Assembly: GCA_963674865.2 (NCBI GenBank)
Contig: CAXXYE010000004.1
Coordinates: 480,001 to 544,000, forward strand
Direction: 5' to 3'
Origin: Candidatus Hydrogenedentota bacterium
GTDB lineage: Bacteria; Hydrogenedentota; Hydrogenedentia; Hydrogenedentales; SLHB01
Length of the DNA: 64,000 nt
Positions within the stretch are counted from its first letter, which is position 1, and each line of letters starts with the position of its first letter. Of the stretch, positions 60,177 through 64,000 are shown piece after piece. The notes beneath the pieces are model-generated. The model worked only from the letters and a program-made list of their open reading frames with translations, did not search any database and was not told the DNA's origin. The position numbers and the translations under genes are program-made.

Positions 60177-62513
60177 ATGCGTGCAATCGCGATCCTCTTA
60201 GCCGGATGCTGCGCCGCGGCTGCGCTATGCCCGTTCAGCGCGCATGCCGAGGACCCGGAGCAGGTGAAGATAGACCTCGCCAACGGCTGGTTCAGCCGCG
60301 GATTCTATCCCGAAGCAGCCGACGAATACCGCGCTTACCTCACCGCCTATCCCCAAGGGAAGCACGTCGCCATCGCTCTGTATCGGCTGGGGTGGTCGGA
60401 ATACGCCCAGCAGCATTATGAACCGGCCCTCGATGCCTTCAACCGGCTCCTCGCACGCGGCGGGGAGGACCCAAACCGGCAGAATGCTCTCCTGCGCAAG
60501 GGGGAGGTGCTGTACCGTCTCGCGCGCTATGACGAGGCTGAGGCCGCGCTCGAACCCCTCGCGGCAGCCAATACGCAGGCCGATATCCGCGGCGGCGCCC
60601 TCTATTACCTCGGAAAGCTTTTGCATGATGCCGGACAGGCTGAGGCGGCCGCCAATGCCCTCAAGACCCTCGTTTCGGAATTGCCCGGCAGCCCGCTCGC
60701 GCCCTTTGCACGCTTCCAGTTGGCTTCGGCCTACCTCTCTTCAGGCCAAGGGGAAAACGCCGCCATCGAATTCTCCGCTGTTGCTGCCTCGGATTGCGAC
60801 CCCTCCCTCCGCATGGAAAGTCGGTTCCGGGCCGCCGAGACCTACGACAAGATTGGTTGGTTCGACGCCGCCGTCACGGCCTATCAACAACTTCAAACCG
60901 AGTTCCCCGGCTCCGACTACGCGAAGCGCGCCGCGTACGGATACGCGTGGTCCCTTTACCACGCCGGACATTATCCCGAAGCCCTCGCCTCGGCGGATGA
61001 CTTCCTCAAGCAGCAGCCTGATCCCGCGAAGACCGCCGGCATACGCTATCTGAAAGGAAACTGCCTCCAGCAGCAGAAGCGATATCCGGAAGCGCTCGAC
61101 ATCTACAATGCGCTCATCAAGGATCAACCCACCTCTGAGTTCGCGTCGCGCGCACAGTATAAGATCGCCTGGGTCAATTACTTATCCGGCAACACGGAGG
61201 CCGCGAAGACGGCCGCCAAGGATTTCCTCGCCAAACACAAGGACACCCCTTTTGTCGGTGACGCCGCCTTCCTCCTGGGCACCATCGAGTCCGCCGCCGG
61301 CAACCACGAGGACGCCTACGAGGAATTCCGCCTGGTGGCGGAGAAGTATCCCGACAGCGAATTCGGCCCCGAGGCCCTGTACAAATCCGGAGAGGCCCTG
61401 ACTCAACTGGGGCGCACCGAGGAAGCCGCCAAAGTGTTTGAGGCCTTCGCCGCGAAGTATCCCTCAAACGCCCTCGCCGAAGACGCCATTCTCCGCGCCG
61501 GCGACGCCGACTTCTTCAGCGCCGCCTTTCAGGAGGCGGTAGCGAAGTACAAGGCCATCCTAGCCTCCGGGCCAAATCCGTCCGTGGAACAGGAAACGCT
61601 TTATCGCCTGGCCATTACTTACCACAACATGCAGGATTTCAAGGCCAGTTCGGACGCGTTCAGCGCCATCCTCCATGAGTTCCCCGATGGCCCCCACAAG
61701 GCCGAAGCCAACATGCGCATCGGAGACCACCTCCTGCGCGACGCAAAAGATCCCGTCAAGGCTATCGAACGCTACCAGGCTGCGCTGGCCGCCGCGCCGA
61801 ACGGGCCCCACGCCGGACGTGCCCTGCGTGGATTGGCCATGGCGCGCTATGAGGCAAAAGACTACGACGGCGCAGCGCAGATCTTTTTGCGCGTCATCGC
61901 TGAGTTCCCCGACGTGCGCCTGAACGAGGACGCGTATGCGTGGGTCGGGCAACGGCTGTTCGATGGCCAGCAGTGGACTCAGGCCGCCACGGCGTTTCAG
62001 AAGCTCCTCGCGGCGTATCCCAACCACGCGAACGCGGCGGCGGTACGATTCAAGGTGGCTGAGTGCTCTGAGCGCGCCGGCAAGAGCGACGAAGCCATCG
62101 CTCTCTACCAGAAAATTGCTCAGAACGCCCCCCGGAGCGCCGCCGGCATCGACGCCACCTTTCGAATCGGACAGATCCTGGAGGCGAAAGGAAGCGTGGC
62201 GGATGCCATGAAGATGTATGAAGCCGCCGCCGAGACGAACACGGGGGAGACCGCGGCGCGCGCGCGCTATCGCATGGGAGAACTCTTGGAGGGGCAAGGC
62301 GACTTCGACGGCGCCGCCCGCAATTACATGCGCGTGGCCATCCTATTCCTCCACGAGACTCTTTCCCCTGAGTGCCTGTGGCGCGCGGGCCAGTGCTACG
62401 AAAAGGGCCAGAAGCTTGACCAGGCCAGGAAGTCTTATGAGGAAGTGGTGAAGGAATACCCGGAAAGCGAGCAAGCAGCCAAGGCGCGTGAGCGGCTCGC
62501 ACAACTCGGATAG
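60177..62513 (+). CDS. Exported long TPR-repeat protein (CpoB/BamD-type repeats)
   Basis: Signal peptide; many repeats of A..Y...YP.S..A..A.Y..G across 778 aa. Confidence 0.9.
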   Translation: MRAIAILLAGCCAAAALCPFSAHAEDPEQVKIDLANGWFSRGFYPEAADEYRAYLTAYPQGKHVAIALYRLGWSEYAQQHYEPALDAFNRLLARGGEDPNRQNALLRKGEVLYRLARYDEAEAALEPLAAANTQADIRGGALYYLGKLLHDAGQAEAAANALKTLVSELPGSPLAPFARFQLASAYLSSGQGENAAIEFSAVAASDCDPSLRMESRFRAAETYDKIGWFDAAVTAYQQLQTEFPGSDYAKRAAYGYAWSLYHAGHYPEALASADDFLKQQPDPAKTAGIRYLKGNCLQQQKRYPEALDIYNALIKDQPTSEFASRAQYKIAWVNYLSGNTEAAKTAAKDFLAKHKDTPFVGDAAFLLGTIESAAGNHEDAYEEFRLVAEKYPDSEFGPEALYKSGEALTQLGRTEEAAKVFEAFAAKYPSNALAEDAILRAGDADFFSAAFQEAVAKYKAILASGPNPSVEQETLYRLAITYHNMQDFKASSDAFSAILHEFPDGPHKAEANMRIGDHLLRDAKDPVKAIERYQAALAAAPNGPHAGRALRGLAMARYEAKDYDGAAQIFLRVIAEFPDVRLNEDAYAWVGQRLFDGQQWTQAATAFQKLLAAYPNHANAAAVRFKVAECSERAGKSDEAIALYQKIAQNAPRSAAGIDATFRIGQILEAKGSVADAMKMYEAAAETNTGETAARARYRMGELLEGQGDFDGAARNYMRVAILFLHETLSPECLWRAGQCYEKGQKLDQARKSYEEVVKEYPESEQAAKARERLAQLG

Positions 62514-62526
62514 AGGCATCACCATA

Positions 62527-64000
62527 ATGCTGAGTCGTAGGGCCATACTGATACTGAGCGTCGCCTTGTCGGTGGTGTTTCACGCCCTACTGCTTGTTTT
62601 CGCCCCCCGCATCCCCATTGTCGGGGCCTCGCTTGACAACTATCGCGTCCTCAACACCTTCCGCGTGGACTTGGCGAAAGTCCCGCCGCCGCCCGAGCCG
62701 CCAACGGAGCCGCCAACCGCGGCGAACCGGCCGGGGGAGGTGGGGGATCTGCTCAAGGACGCCGAAGAACCCCTGACTCCGGATGAAGCCCTCCTTCGCG
62801 GGGCCGCGGAAGTGCCTATGCTCGAGGACCGCGTCGCCGCCGACCCCGTCGAGCGGGAACACGACCTGGACCTCGATGGGAACACCCTTGAAAAGGTCGA
62901 CGCGAAAGTCCTTGAAATTGCCGAGGAAGTGGCCCGCCGCGATATCGAGGTTGCCCGCCGCCTGGTTCGTCCCAGTCCCTCACGCATCATCGGCGAGAAC
63001 GAGTTCCCGACTTTTCGCAGCGAAGGAGGTCTCCTCGGCGGCGAGGAAGTATTAAGCATCCAACGCCGTGGCAGCGGAGGCTGGACTCGGAGTGGAAATA
63101 GCCTAGGCGCGTCCGGCGGTGAGGGCAAGCCCGCGTACGAGGAGGGCGTCTTCGACGTCGCCAAGTTGCCGGGCGAGTCCGACGCCCTGCGCCCAATCGA
63201 CGAGATCGAACTGGCCACCGGATGGGCCCCTGAGATCGGCAGGGCGCGCGCGGAAACGGACTATGCCTTCCTTGACGATCAGGTAGCCATCAAGGTCGAC
63301 GCCTATTGCCCGGCCGGTGAGGAAGAGGGCTACTTCCGCCTTCGCATTGTTCCCAAAGAGGGGGAGGACATGGGCATCCTCCCCAAAGACATCTCCTTCA
63401 TCGTGGATGCCTCCAGCAGCATTCTTCAACGGAAACTCGACTCCACCGTCGCCGCCGTCATCCGCGCCCTACAAGCCCTGCGGCCGGAGGACCGCTTCAA
63501 TGTCATCATCTTCCGCGACACGGCCACCGAATTCCGTCCGGACTTCGTGCCGGCCACCCCGCAGAACATCGCCGCCGCTAGATCGTTTCTTGACGGACTC
63601 GAATCCCGTGGTGAAACCGACGTGTACAAGGCGATCCGCCCCGTCGTGCTCCAGCCCCCCCGAGAGGGCGTGCCGAACATCGTCATGATGTTGAGCGATG
63701 GCCGTCCCACCGCCGGCGTTCGCGATGGACGCACCATCATCAATGCCCTGACGAGCGAGAACGCACAGCGCAAGACGATTTACGCCTTCGGCGGCGGGGG
63801 CGCCGTCAATCGCTACCTGCTCGACCTCCTGGCCTACCGAAACAAGGGCCGCTCGTACGTGGCGCCCCAGATCGACGACATCGAAACGGACTTGAGCCGC
63901 TTCCTGGCACGCCTCAAGGATCCCATCCTCGTGGACCTTCACGCCGATTACGGCCGCATCGACGAGAAAGACGTCTTTCCCAAGGAAATCCCGGATTTCT
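62527..64000 (+). CDS. Membrane-anchored vWA-domain protein with TonB/TolA-like N-terminus (3' truncated)
   Basis: Frame read by hand from ATG 62527 (absent from ORF track, consistent with no stop in the window): ILSVALSVVFHALLL, PPPPEPPTEPP, MIDAS FIVDASSS, GETD, MLSDGRPT. Confidence 0.85.
   Translation, partial: MLSRRAILILSVALSVVFHALLLVFAPRIPIVGASLDNYRVLNTFRVDLAKVPPPPEPPTEPPTAANRPGEVGDLLKDAEEPLTPDEALLRGAAEVPMLEDRVAADPVEREHDLDLDGNTLEKVDAKVLEIAEEVARRDIEVARRLVRPSPSRIIGENEFPTFRSEGGLLGGEEVLSIQRRGSGGWTRSGNSLGASGGEGKPAYEEGVFDVAKLPGESDALRPIDEIELATGWAPEIGRARAETDYAFLDDQVAIKVDAYCPAGEEEGYFRLRIVPKEGEDMGILPKDISFIVDASSSILQRKLDSTVAAVIRALQALRPEDRFNVIIFRDTATEFRPDFVPATPQNIAAARSFLDGLESRGETDVYKAIRPVVLQPPREGVPNIVMMLSDGRPTAGVRDGRTIINALTSENAQRKTIYAFGGGGAVNRYLLDLLAYRNKGRSYVAPQIDDIETDLSRFLARLKDPILVDLHADYGRIDEKDVFPKEIPDF

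Overview
GC-rich bacterial chromosome segment from a diderm with many sugar-processing genes; gene content is compatible with Hydrogenedentota or a PVC-related lineage (inference only). Housekeeping genes: mutL(partial)-miaA, tRNA-Pro(GGG)/merR, radA-disA-pyrK-pyrD-pyrF-pyrE, lysA, glyQS, rsgA and murC-ftsQ-ftsZ-pilT. Accessory genes: a TetR-regulated RND pump, a GH2 beta-galactosidase and other glycosidase-like genes, a lone TIR protein, a FecR-OmpA-CHASE2/HD-GYP operon, a complete IS1202-type element with a 17-bp target duplication and several REP-like hairpins. Most notable: (1) a 1112-aa polypeptide fusing 2-oxoacid dehydrogenase E1alpha, E1beta, a lipoyl domain and a FabH/KAS III with no E2 catalytic domain, suggesting CoA-independent primer channelling into fatty-acid synthesis; (2) an ExbB-ExbD-TPR operon whose fourth gene has a TonB/TolA-like S-x3-H anchor and Pro-rich linker but carries a vWA domain; (3) an RND permease lacking the canonical proton-relay residues; (4) three divergent tandem paralogues with a YEDxxxDGxxD motif; (5) a clan GH-A gene split by one in-frame TAG. 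All calls come from motif reading, not database searches.
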